Source of the DNA: Bugula neritina
Lineage: Eukaryota; Animalia; Bryozoa
NCBI GenBank assembly: GCA_964035545.1
Contig: OZ037771.1
Span: forward strand, 5,117,190 to 5,181,189
Direction: 5' to 3'
Length of the DNA: 64,000 bases
In this document: positions 1-13,200 of the stretch, in pieces
How the letters are laid out: each line of letters starts with the position of its first letter
Position numbering within the stretch: the stretch's first letter is position 1
Translations under genes and position numbers: made by a program
Notes under the pieces: generated by a model
Database searches by the model: none
Told to the model about the DNA's origin: nothing
What the model saw: only the letters and a program-made list of their open reading frames with translations

Positions 1-488
1 GAGAAACTAATATTATATTGAAACACAAAATCTAGCATTTAATGTTTGACATATCTTAAATGAAAGTAAACTTAGGGCATACAGTTACTCCACCCTTTCC
101 TTAATACATATAATTCTATGGCTAAGCAAAGCTACAGTGGATTAAGCATAAAGGCCCTACTGTTTTTACTAAATGTGTTGGAGCATTCACTAACTCATTT
201 GCGTTAAAGTAGGCATTAATTAAAATCAGTTTCGCTAATGTGCTTGCCCTTTAAACGTGTGCTGATCAAGCTCAGCTAATAGTTCTAGACATGGTGCATT
301 AACAACTAAGATTTCAGTTGCCAAGGCTGTTAGCATTATCCATCTACTGATCTGGCACACAGAGCTTATATTCTCCTTATATTCATGTTTATGTTAAAAT
401 AGTTTTGAAGCCTTCCAACTGCATCCATTAATATATACATTACAGACAGCTGAGGTTTTACAGAGACGGTACCACAATATAAGGTAAG

Positions 489-1217
489 TACTTACCTAGT
501 ATACTATATACTGCACTTACTTAGTATACTATATACTGTACTTAGTATACTATATACTGTACTTACTTAATATACTATATACTGTACTTACTTAGTATAC
601 TATATACTGTACTTAGTATACTATATACTGTACTTACTTAATATACTATATACTGTACTTACTTAGTATACTATATACGGTATGTACTTAGTATACTATA
701 TACTGTACTTAGTATATTATATACTGCACTTACTTAGTATACTATATACTGTACTTAGTATACTATATACTGTACTTACTTAATATACTATATACTGTAC
801 TTACTTAGTATACTATATACGGTACTTACTTAGTATACTATATACTGTACTTATACTTAGTATACTATATACTGTACTTAGTGTACTATATACTGTACTT
901 ACTTAGTATATTATATACTGTACTTACTTAGTATACTATATACTGTACTTAGTATACTATATACTGTACTTACTTAGTATATTATATACTGTACTTACTT
1001 AGTATACTATATACTGCATGTACTTAGTATACTATATACTGTACTTACTTAGTATACTATATACTGTACTTACTTAGTACACTATATACTGTACTTACTT
1101 AGTATACTATATACTGTACTTACTTAGTACACTATATACTGTACTTAGTATATTATATACTGTAATTACTTAGTATACCATATACTGTACTTAGTATACT
1201 ATATATACTGTACTTAC
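489..1217. repeat. 21/25-bp minisatellite (tacttacttagtatactatatactg)
   Basis: About 30 tandem units. Confidence 0.95.
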
Positions 1218-4200
1218 TGGTTAAAAAATATTTCATGGCCAAAAATATCTGTTACATTAATATCAACTATGCTTTCTCTACTTTGAGCTTCTGCAAGGTG
1301 TTTTATTGGTGGCTCTAGGTTCATTGTAGTTAATTGGTGCTTGTTCACTGTTTTGATTGGCAAAGGCTGTAAGTAAAAAATATATATATCAAGCTTTTCT
1401 ACATAAATTCCAATTATTGTGACTGTAAGTCAAATAAAAGCAACAGAGAGTATTTAGTAGCTAATTGGCCTACCTCAATTATGATTCACTCTGTAGAATA
1501 ACTAATTTTAAATACAAAGGTTCGTTCTTATGTTACTGTTATTTCAATATTGTATTGGCAAAGCTATTTATTATTCTGAAAACTAATAATAGGTTAAATC
1601 TGGTTTGGTATACACATACAAAATCTGTAATGCTCTTGAGCGTCTCCTCACTTTCATCCTGATTCAAGAACATCATTTCGTAATTCCTGTTACCTTTCTT
1701 GATGAAGAAATAATATAATAGCATGACTACACCCAGGAACATGCAGAATGGAGTGACGGCCACTGTCAATGGTAAAAAAGCATTCTTGGCAACTTTTGCT
1801 TTTCCACCTAAAACAACCACCACAGTTACAATTTAGAAACCATGTTAAGTACTAGCACTTGGCTATAAAGTATATTAGTACTACAATCATCTGATATTAT
1901 AATGACAGTAAAAAAACCGAGTAAGCCATTTTTCAAGATAGTAAAAATATTTTTTTAGAAGTTTCCTGACAAATAAAAGTTAAGAGGACTTTTTAGTTGG
2001 GGGGGGAAAATATTTTCCAATGACCAACTAAGATAAGACTTTATCTGTAAAATTTCAATGCAGTTCAACTACCGGCTGTAACTTTTGAAAATGTATTAGA
2101 AATTGTATGTGTCATCAATGGCCAATAGATAAGTTAAAAAGTTGGTAATAAACATCTAATTACTCGTAAAACCTATCTGAGAAAACTTAGTAACTGTAAG
2201 CAGCTCCCTTTTGCTAATACTTGTAGTTGTAGTATGTTCAACTGGATCTTTTCATGTGTCACACAAGTGTAGTATCTTATATGAATGCGGAGCTTTACCT
2301 GTTAGGAAATGATCTGAGCAGAGAGAATCTAAATAGTCATGCTCAGTGTAAGTTCTTAATTTGAGACAGTACACGGTTTCGGGACGCAGTGGTCCGTTAC
2401 AATACTTGACAGAATTCTCATAGAAACACTGACTACAAAACAACACAATGTTTTAGTAGCTTAAACAAAGAATTTACATTATAATATACAGAAGATGAGT
2501 TTTGAGTACAAAAATGCTTTATGCCTTCAAATAGTCAAAAGCTTCACAGAAAACTTGAGGTTTTTACAACATTCAGCTTATGTTAGATTCCTGTATATAC
2601 TGTAAGTACATTAAAATAGTCTGTACTAGAGTATGTAAATGTAGACATACGAACCCATCACCTATCCTGATTACTGCAAACTCAGAGCCATTTAAGTCAG
2701 CAGTTTCCATGAACAGAGGATAGGGCTGAGTTCTCTCTATATACTGTACAGGTGTCTCATCAACACTACTGCTTCCACTAGAGAAAATCTCTTTTATTTC
2801 ATCCTCTGTAATTAAACTGGTGTTTCTCTCCTCTGGTGGTAAAGGAGAGTGGAAAAAGCTTGATCTAGGAAAAGCTTGGTAAGGTGGCCAAACAGCTGGC
2901 TTCTCTATATTTTTAACCTGGCAAAAGTAAAAGTAGTGGTAAAATTATTAGCAAAGCAGGGGTTATTTTTGTTTCTTCACATAAACATGAGAGTATGCAA
3001 CACTTGAGGGCAAATAAATTGACTGAATAAATTAAGTAGACTATTAGAAGCCCATAACCTTAAATAATCTGGAAACTATTGTAAAATACTTTGAGGCAAA
3101 AAAGATAAAGTTTATTTTGTAGAAAACTTCACATTACACTGCAATATTGCATATGTACTACATTGAATCAGGCTATACTATATCACATACTGCATTAAGC
3201 AATACTAAAATAGGTTTAAGGGAGTTATGTGCCTGTCTGCCTACATTGCAGAAATTAAAAGTATGCATTAAAATCAGCAACGACCTGAAATTTGTTCTCT
3301 ATGGGAATTTATAAGAGTACAGATGTACAAATGACCATAAAGCTAAGTGCACTGCAATGAGCTGCTTCATATTGAAAATGTTTAGAGTGCAGTTGTGTAG
3401 CTTAATATAACGTTACTAAGCAACATCCAGCCATAACCTGTTCCATATTTGAATGGTTTCCATTAGTCATGGCAGCAAGTAGTTGACAGCTAACCTGGTC
3501 ATAGCTGTCAGGAGTTAGAGGAAACTTGATGTCATAATAAGAGTTGTCTACAAATGGGTTAATCTCGCACACAATCAATGTGAACCCCAGTATAGTACCA
3601 TTGGTCTCAGTGAAGGCCTGGCGTATTGCCACATCAACAGACCTGGTAAAATATCTCTTGTAGCCATTATTTTAAATACATAACCTGTATTTAGCAGATG
3701 ACTTGGTTTAAAGAATGTAATTTACTCAAACTGCTAAGGACTTGTAGGTTCAAGCAATAAGATATTACTGTAAGGGTAAAACAGGTTAACAATACAGTGA
3801 CTCTCAGATCAAGTATTGTTGTCACATTAAATACGCTGGCATGTTGCCAACATAAATCACTCACTCTCCAGTCACTATAGCTTCAATAGCTCTCTCATCA
3901 CTGTACTGGGTGACCACCTTCGGCTGAAATGTGTCCAGACTGACTATAGACTTGAGTGCAGGCTCACCACTGCGTACTGTCACATTGTAGGTGTGAAGGA
4001 CATCATCATTTTCCAGATTTTCGTGAGGTGCTTCGGTTGATGAGAGCTAAATAATGCCAGAAGTACGTACATGTAGGTTTTAGTATAATGTATGTTTAGT
4101 ATAGTAGCATACACATGCAGGTAGTAATATAATACACGTTTAATATAGAAGTACATACATGCAAGTCGTATTTATAGCCTGGGGGAAGGTAAACTGTAAA

Positions 4201-7200
4201 CTCATGGTAACCGGCTGTGTCTACATGCCACTCAAATGTAGTTTCAACAGTCAGACTCTCAATAGAACTCACACCTGGCAAATATCAGTGGATCAGTGGA
4301 GTTAATGTATAGGCCTATAGCTTATGGCTCTTAATATAGTGACAAAGATGCGTTGCAAATTATGGTTCTTTTGACTATTGTAAATAGCTATGTTAGCCTA
4401 ATGTTTCATAACATATATAGTTTCAAGATCTAAAAGTAGAGGCATGCTGGGTGCAGACGTAATCGCAACAGTTAAAAGAAAGCTCACCAGAAAATTCTAA
4501 AGTGTAGTTTACCCCAACATTGTGGTATGCTTTTGCTTGTATCAGAGACATCTTCACTTCTCCGATTATACTAGTTGTTGCTACCACAAAATCGTTCTAA
4601 AACATTAGCTCAGTATTAAGAAGGTACCTCTAAATTACAAAACAGACGACAATACTTTCAAGTAAAGAGCTTATTAAATGCTAATGCAATACTAAATTTC
4701 TATTACTCAGTTTGTCCAAAAAGCAATTCTGGGCTGCAATGAGCTTTTAATATAACAATTGACAAACTTTCAAAACCCCAATCTACTTCAGGATATGTTC
4801 ATAAATTGAACACATCATTGACCAAATGTTGGCAACAAAATTCAATTCGCATAAAAATGGTTTGAAGTTCATAGTTTCAACATTTCTTGTTTTCAAGAAT
4901 GCATAAGTGTAGGTATGTACAGTACGATAGTGTAAATAGCCCTCTAACCACTAAGCCATGGATGGTACCACTAGTTTTCAACTCCGGACAGATGGTGTAA
5001 CATAAATTCAAGCCTTTAGCTGAATTAAGTCGACTATATATAGAAGGTACTTTAGTCTCGGGAAAGATTATTTCTAATTTATTTAAAGTTTTGAAGGTTT
5101 TAAGATTCATATCTGAGATGGAAATATTTTAAATTTTGATGAACTACCTACACTAAAATATGTCCAAACAAAGTTGACAATATATAAGTTAGGTTTATGT
5201 CTGCCAATAAAGTGCTAGAACAGTTGACTACAGATCAGAAGTATACGACTCACATAGGAGCTGATCCTGACACAGGACTGCTCTATTTCAATGTCCCAGA
5301 GTCCCTCAGATGTACAGATCCAGGTCACTGAGGTCACATCTAAGTTTCCTCTGACACTGTGTCCTGGTAAACAGTTGGCTGTCAACACATTGTTTACTTC
5401 ATAATATGAGTTCAAAGTTAGGTTCTGTAGCCCCTCTTTTAAAATGGGTGGTGGACATCTCACAGCTATATTAAAAAAACAGGTTAGCAGTTACATAACA
5501 GGAATCTTTCAAGTGTTGGTAGATTTTAGCTGGTGGAAACATAACAATGCCTATTATAAAACCATTCAGTAAATTTATTTTAGCATCATTTTTGACAGTT
5601 TATTAGATATTTTCTAAATTACTAAGTTCTGCCACAGTTATTAGTGTAGAGAACATACATATACAATTAGGTGCAGGTCTAGACCAAGATCTGTTTGCCT
5701 GACATTCGACAGTTACAGAGGGGCTTCTGGTAATCTCATCTATATAACCCTCGATACAGAGAAATGTTGCTTCAGCCATAAACAGAAAACTTTCCACGTC
5801 TCTTCTGGCTACATTCTCACCAGCTCCTGGATCTGAGCAGTTTACTTCTGTTAAAACATTAGACAACTAGAATTACAATTTGAATAGCTAATATTGATTA
5901 TGAATTTCAGTCATTTTGTAAGGTTCGATTTCTTTTAGCAAAAATATTAAGTAAACCAAAGAAACTGTAAAATTGTCTAGTGTAAGTGAAGATTTTGTGA
6001 AATGTTGTGAACTTATACAAAATATATTGTATGCATCTCATGCAGTTGATATGGCTTACCCACTGAATAAATTTACCAACAATTATTATATAGGTTTCGA
6101 TAAACGGAGAAGCTTACGACATGCTTTTATTAAATAATGAACAACATAGTATGCTGAGACAGCTCTTACAGAGTCTATTGTACACATTTAATGCAGTCGA
6201 TAATGCGCTTACCAACTGCATAATTTTACCAAACCACATATAATTTAAGATCTGACCTACAGAGAAGCTTACAGAAGGATTCTATTTAAGAATAAACAAC
6301 ATAGTATGCTGAAACAGCTGTCGTTTCTAGAATTGCCCACAGTATTGTACTAATAAACATGCAGTAAACATGTATCAATACACTAAGTTCTGTATCTATA
6401 GTCAACTTCGTGTGTATACCTACTGGTAATTGTTGTCTGAGAGTTTGTAAATAAACACTGAAAGTACTGACTGTGACATTGCTGGAGTTGATCTGGCTGC
6501 CATAGATTCTGGTCCAGACATGTGAGGGGCTGTTCAGTAACAAGTAAGCTAATTTCATAGCCTGTGAAACACAGTACAGTAAGCACAGTGTTGTGTGGGA
6601 CAGGTAGGTTGACAGACTCTTCTATTGCTGTGTTACTAGGAAGATCTGGAAGTTCTACACAGAGTTTTTCTAGAAATAAAATCGCCGCAATAAGATTCAT
6701 AATGTGGCAATAAAACCTTCTACAAGTAGATAAGCAAATTAAATTAATATAACTAATCCATTACTTACAAAACTCTTTTTTTTTACTTTTATGATGTTTC
6801 ATGTCATACAGAAAATATATTCTAAATTGAACATATTTGGCATTTTTATTGCTAATTTATATTTGCTTATTTGCTGGTATGCTAATATACAATGTACATC
6901 ATACACTGCACATTGCATACTATAGATTGCGTTATATGTAAAAAAGATATTTAAAATCAAAAAATGAATGAGAAAATTTAATGAACAATGAACAAGAATC
7001 CAATACAAGCTAAAATAATATTCTGAATAACTTGTATGACTAAAGTAAAGCTGTAATATTAGCTATATACAGAAAACTAATGCATTTCAGACTAAAGAGA
7101 GACTCCAATCTTTACCTATACAGTGGTTAATGGTAATATTCCACTCTCCGCTGGCTGTGCAAGATATCCGCAAGACATCAGTGTTAGTGTTATTGAACCT

Positions 7201-10200
7201 ATACCCTGACTGACATCCTATCTCAACCATATCTCCATAGAAGTAAGTGCTAGATACAGATAGCCTGTCATACATTCCTGATTTTATGTCAGTTATCTCA
7301 TCTAGATTACTAATATTCAGTGAAGGACAGGAACGGACTAAAAGGTTAAAAATATTGAAGCAAGTTTTATAATCAATTTGGGCAATGTAAAAGTTTCTTA
7401 GCTCAATATAAGGTATAGCCATGTATTTGCAATAAACACTAATAACGCATTATGCTAAATGTTCATTTTACGTTGAAGAGATTTACACCAATCAACTATA
7501 ATAGTATTTTTATATTATGCAACAGCATATAAAATGCCTTCAAATCGGAACCTAGAGATTAATAATTAGAAGTAATTTAGTTTAAATTATTCAATATTGA
7601 TATCTTGGAAAATGATCGTAGCCAATTGTACAGCTTTAATAATTCTTTTTCTCAATTAAATTTTTAAAAAACTTATGAGTTTCATTTTAAAGCTGCTGAA
7701 AGTTACGAACCCCAGCAGCTGACGGGTGAAGATGGCTGCCAATCTCCAGTGTTTGAACAAGTGACAGACCTCCTTGTTTCTACTTCTGTTCCACTAACAA
7801 CAAACCCTGAGTCACACTGAAACTCGACTGTAGATCCAGTCAGGAATGAGCGACCTCTGAGCCATATCGGTACAATATAGGTGGAGAAGTTTCCAGAAGT
7901 TAGGTTTCTGCATGAGATTCCTGATCATAATGATACGGTGAAATTCAATTACTTAGAGTTATACAATCATTTCATGATTAGTATTACAAATGAATAGAAT
8001 GACATTTAACTCTATTGGGTAGTGTTTTTCAAAGAAGGTATACTTTAGCAGCTTTATTACAACGAGTCAGAATTTTGAGGAATCTTTGCAATTGATTTTT
8101 ATAAAAATAGAATATTTTGGTCTGTGACAGACTGACAGCCCAGGACTACAACACATATGATAAACTAACTCAACGCTCAGTTTATAACTCAGCTTATCTG
8201 ATACAAACACTCATCTGGAATAATACTAGCTTCACGTAATACTTACTCTCACACACTGGAGGTACAGAAGTCCAGTTACCATCTTCCATACAGGTCAGCT
8301 CATTTGTTTGATTCTCATTGGCTATATGAAACTTGGGTAAACAATAGTATTTGACAACGCTGCCAGCTGTCCTTCCGGAAATATCCCGAGTACTTCCTCG
8401 TGGATATCCTATAATCACACAACACAATGTAATATACAGTATGCAGAATGGTAGGTCATTCACACAACATGATACAATATAGTACACCAGAACGGTAGAT
8501 GAATTAACCTACTATAAAATAACATATATTATGTTATGTATTATTTCCAAATTCCGTAAAAATATATTATTATAAGAAATGCTGTAATGACACATAGAGT
8601 TTCAATATTTATAACAGGAAGATTCATGTGTGTACCTGTGAGCCCCTTTGCAAATATCTTATAGTTAGTTGTAATTTCAATGTATACATTTCTACATTAC
8701 TAAAACAGGTGTTATATATATTTAAGCAGGTGTATTTTTGTTCAATAAAGATGATTTTGTTTTATATCAGTTGCAAGTGCTATATATGTGTAGGCTTATT
8801 CAATTGATTTACTATTGTGATTTAATTTTTCATACAAAGTATAAATTTTCTGAGCATTAATTCAATCTTAGGTATTTATTTTTGGCACAGACCTTATAAA
8901 TTTTTATGAAGCTTGAAGTCTTTAAAATCAGTTTTGTCTAAAATAGAATCTTCTTGTCATTTTTTTACAGAGCACTTGTTACTTGACATCATAAAACCAG
9001 TCACATGAGAGCACGACACCTGTCACACTTGACAGCATGACACTATATAGAATTTGAGCGTCTCACCTGGATCAGCACAGCACCTGCTAGTTGAGCTTGC
9101 TGTACCAGTACAGGGTAACCCTCCACATAAAGGAGCAGGATTGTCACATGCTCGGAACCTTTCTCTTAACCCATTGACATTGCATGCACTCCACTCCTTC
9201 CACTCACTCCAACTACCTTATATATGACATCAGATATGTTTATATTATGGCTCAAAATACATGCTAAATCTAATCAAATAAAAACTCAATGTTAATATCA
9301 CACCATATCATATATATCAAAGAATTACCCTAGTCAAGGATATCGCTCAGGTAAGCTTTAAAAAGCCATGTTGTCTCGCAACTAAATAATCAAAAGTGAC
9401 CAAAAGGAGACATTAAAATCTGCAGTCTTTTATAGTGCTATAATGATTGTAATACTATTGGCAGCAGTGTATAGACTTGACTACATGTGATAATATGACA
9501 TTCATGTGCACACATTTACACATATAAATAAGTTCAACAAGTTGAGGCTTGCCTATCTAAAAGATGATGATCGTATTTTTTTATAAAAGTATGCAGCCTT
9601 TTAGGCTTTCAGTATAGCAATCTACGTAAATAATCAGATATAAAGTCATTAACTACATATTGGTATGTGTATAGTACCGTAAGTTTCATATATACTTGAC
9701 AATCTAATGCTAGGAATAGAATCTGGGGTATCAAACCTACCATTGACTCCTCTTGAAGTTGAGGAACAGACAGGCTGAATACTGGTGCTGCATGGCTGTA
9801 GCTGAATGGAAGCAGTTCCACCAGTCTCTGACATCACAGGACAAACTCCACTTGCTGCTGGGTGGTTTACTTGCGATTGTATGACACAGAATTATTGTAG
9901 ACAGAATAAACGACTATGTTATACTAAAATCTTCATTTTAATAATTTCCTACACAGTGACAATATTTAAATTCATCAGCCAACAGCATTCTAGCTATGAA
10001 TTAGACTTCTCCTTCAAAATTAAAGGATGCATGTATAGCAGAGACTAGATGCTCTGTAAGTTACCTCTACTGATCCAGAGTGAGTGAGCCACCACATCAA
10101 TTGGCTTACTGAACAAATACTGTTCAATCAAATTAATGAATGCAGTATCAGTTAGAGATATGACAAGCAAGGAGCCATTGTTAGCTGTACAAATATCTCT

Positions 10201-13200
10201 AGCTATGGAGTGGACTGCAGGCACTCTGTACACGCCCACACACATTCCCTGGTAGCTGAACTCCTCGTCAAACCACAAGAATTTATTCTGCATTAAAACA
10301 TTAGAAATTGGTTTTTTTAATTTCACCTGTTTTTTAGTATTAAAAATAAAAAAATCGTTTTAAAGCATATTATTTAAAAAGATAAAATCCTTTTTACTTG
10401 TGTAATACACAATTACTCAAACTATGCAGTTTATAATTTTTCAACAAAAACAAAGTTTATTGTAGGACACAGCTACTCAAATTATGCCATTTATAATTTT
10501 TCTAACTGGAGACAAAGTTTCCTGTTTAAAATACCTTCCTGAAATCAAACAGTTTAAAATCTAAACCTGTTGATTGTTTCATGCTACGTAGAATGCCTGA
10601 AATTAGAACTTGTATGCTCTACCCTTCCTAGTTTGATACATTACTTACTTTAGGCTCACAGGTTATTTTGCTGCTTTCACCGCTGAAAGTCCCATTTGCT
10701 TGACATATTGAGGATACGACTAGCTGACCATTATTCCTCTCAAATCCAGACAAGCATTCATAGTATATAACCTGTCCACTTGTAACAGCCTGGGCTCCAT
10801 AAGATGTTGCGAAAGATGTGGGTGTAATGAGATGGGTTCCAGGGGCAGGTGATGGTATAACACAGTGATCTAAGTCTACAAACATGTTAACAGAAAATAC
10901 ATTATGTGTTTATAAATGTGGGAGTGTGTATCTAGTGCAATATAATAAACACAACATAAATTTGAATGTCACTAAAAGATATACTAGAACATTATAGTGT
11001 AACCAAAATGTGTAATAGCATATTTTTACAAGGTAATATAAAGCATGATAAAAAACAAATATTAAAAAGTATGTAGGAGTTGCTCCCATTACCTGGACAG
11101 ATGTCAACAGTCAAGACTCCACTAGAGTTCACAATGTTTGCGTTTCCCACAACATTCCAAACTCCACTTGATTCACACAGCATTTCTACTGGTGTGGTTG
11201 CATTGTATGTGCATGTTAGTATAGATATTGAGTTGGTATGGAAGTTGGTATCTGCTGTGTCAGCTATATTGGCAGGCAAATCCTTTCTCAGGCAGCAGCT
11301 TTCTCTTTCTAAATTAATAAATCATTCTTATAGTTACTTATAATATACACTGTGTTAGAAAATACTTCATTGTGTGACTTTATCAATAAAAATATGTTGA
11401 GCCAACATTGTAATTAGGCAAAGACAGCTGGTAAAAAGTACATCAGAATTAGCTAGTGTTTTATACCCTTAGTGTGCTATACCTTTAGTATGCTATACCT
11501 TTATTGTGTTCTACCCTTAGTGTGCTATAATATATACCCTTAGTGTACAATACCCTTAATATGGTATACTCGTAGAGTGCAATACCCCTAGTGTGCTATA
11601 CCCTGAGCATGCTAACATACCCTTAGTGTGCTAATATACTCTTAATGTGCTAAACTCACTCTCCAAGCTAGAATCAGGATGACTGAAGATGTAACTGTTG
11701 TAACAGAATCTCAAGACTCTCTCTTCAGTTAGTCCATCACATGCCTGGATAATCTCACATAAGGATGGCACTTCCTCTACAAAGTATGGCTAATTGCTAA
11801 CTCTACGATATTTTCTAATATATAGTTAATTTGAATTGTTAGCTGAAGCACTTTCAAATGTGACACTTTATATTGACATTGAATTGAAATACTATTTTAC
11901 TACTTAAGCACTTTGCATGAACACATGGTTGTGGTTTCATTTGATGCAACTGTTTTCAAGTTTTGAATGGAAACTCTATCATACAAAGCTTGGAAATGTA
12001 GTTACAAAATGTACAAATGTAAAAACACCAAGTATTTAATAGTGAAAATAATACAATAATGCAATAATGGAATGTGGCACAATATTCTAAAATACAACGA
12101 TGTATGGGTGATATGACAGTAACATTTTATTGTTTAGTTGCATAATTTTTTTCATTTGATATTGTTTTAGTTACTCTGAAACATTTAGTATTTGCTCCAA
12201 AAATCTTACACAAGTTTATAGTCACCATCCCTGTGAGAAACCTTTCATGGAAGGGCCCCGTTCTTGTTAAATTGGGCTAAGGACCATTGGTTTTATGTGG
12301 CACAGGAGCGATTATGACTGGATGATCTTCCTAATATCACCAATGGCCTTTGCCGGGGTTCGAACCCATGACTCCGCGCTTACTAGGCAAACAATCTAAT
12401 AACCTCTAGACTACAGCTGCTTCATATTTATTATTTGCTGACCAGCTGCATATTCTGAGAATCACGGCTAATTGCTGACCTTGATTATTAAAAAAGATTG
12501 AATTTAAAATAAAACCATTACCTGCAGTAAGGTTAAGTGTCCGCTGACAGAGAAACGGATATGATTGGTTCATCAAGGAGGGGTCTTGAGAGGCATCAAC
12601 CAGAGTTTCATTTCCACCTTCTAAATTGAGCTGATGGGGCAGCCCACCTGTTGGTAATGTCTAATATGAGCAACAAGCGAGAACATGCAGCATAGATAAG
12701 ACAACTCTGAATAGACAGAGTTAGTAATATCTATTGGGAGTTGTGTCCCCTAATATATATCCTTGAGCACACCAACCCAGATCTGAATATGTACTAGTTC
12801 AACAAACTCAACAGCTGAAACTGCAAAGCAGATCATAGAAACTGTACAAAGTTGATGTTAATTTAAACTTGAAACTAGGAAACTGCAAAAAGAATCCCTG
12901 GTTTGTTTGCTAATTTAATTTTATATTATTATACAATGATTCTAAAATAAGCATATCTCAACATCAATTGAACTTGCTCATTTACTACTGCACATGCACT
13001 AATTATGCATAATTTAACATATAACATAGAATGTTACCACGAGATACAGACCTAAAGTTACCCATACTCTTTCTGTGTCTAAATTACTGCCGAGTTCTTG
13101 AAGTATGAACCACCTCTCTCGCTCATCATCAAACCTTGTTTCATCAACTGTACATGGCAGGGAAGTCAGGTCATATCTAAATCTCCTTAATGTTAGCCAG

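Noticed and set aside
4877-5110. 77-aa minus-strand ORF inside the receptor gene
   Set aside because: Acceptor phase (1) is incompatible with the upstream donor (0); the flanking exons join without it; no domain signature
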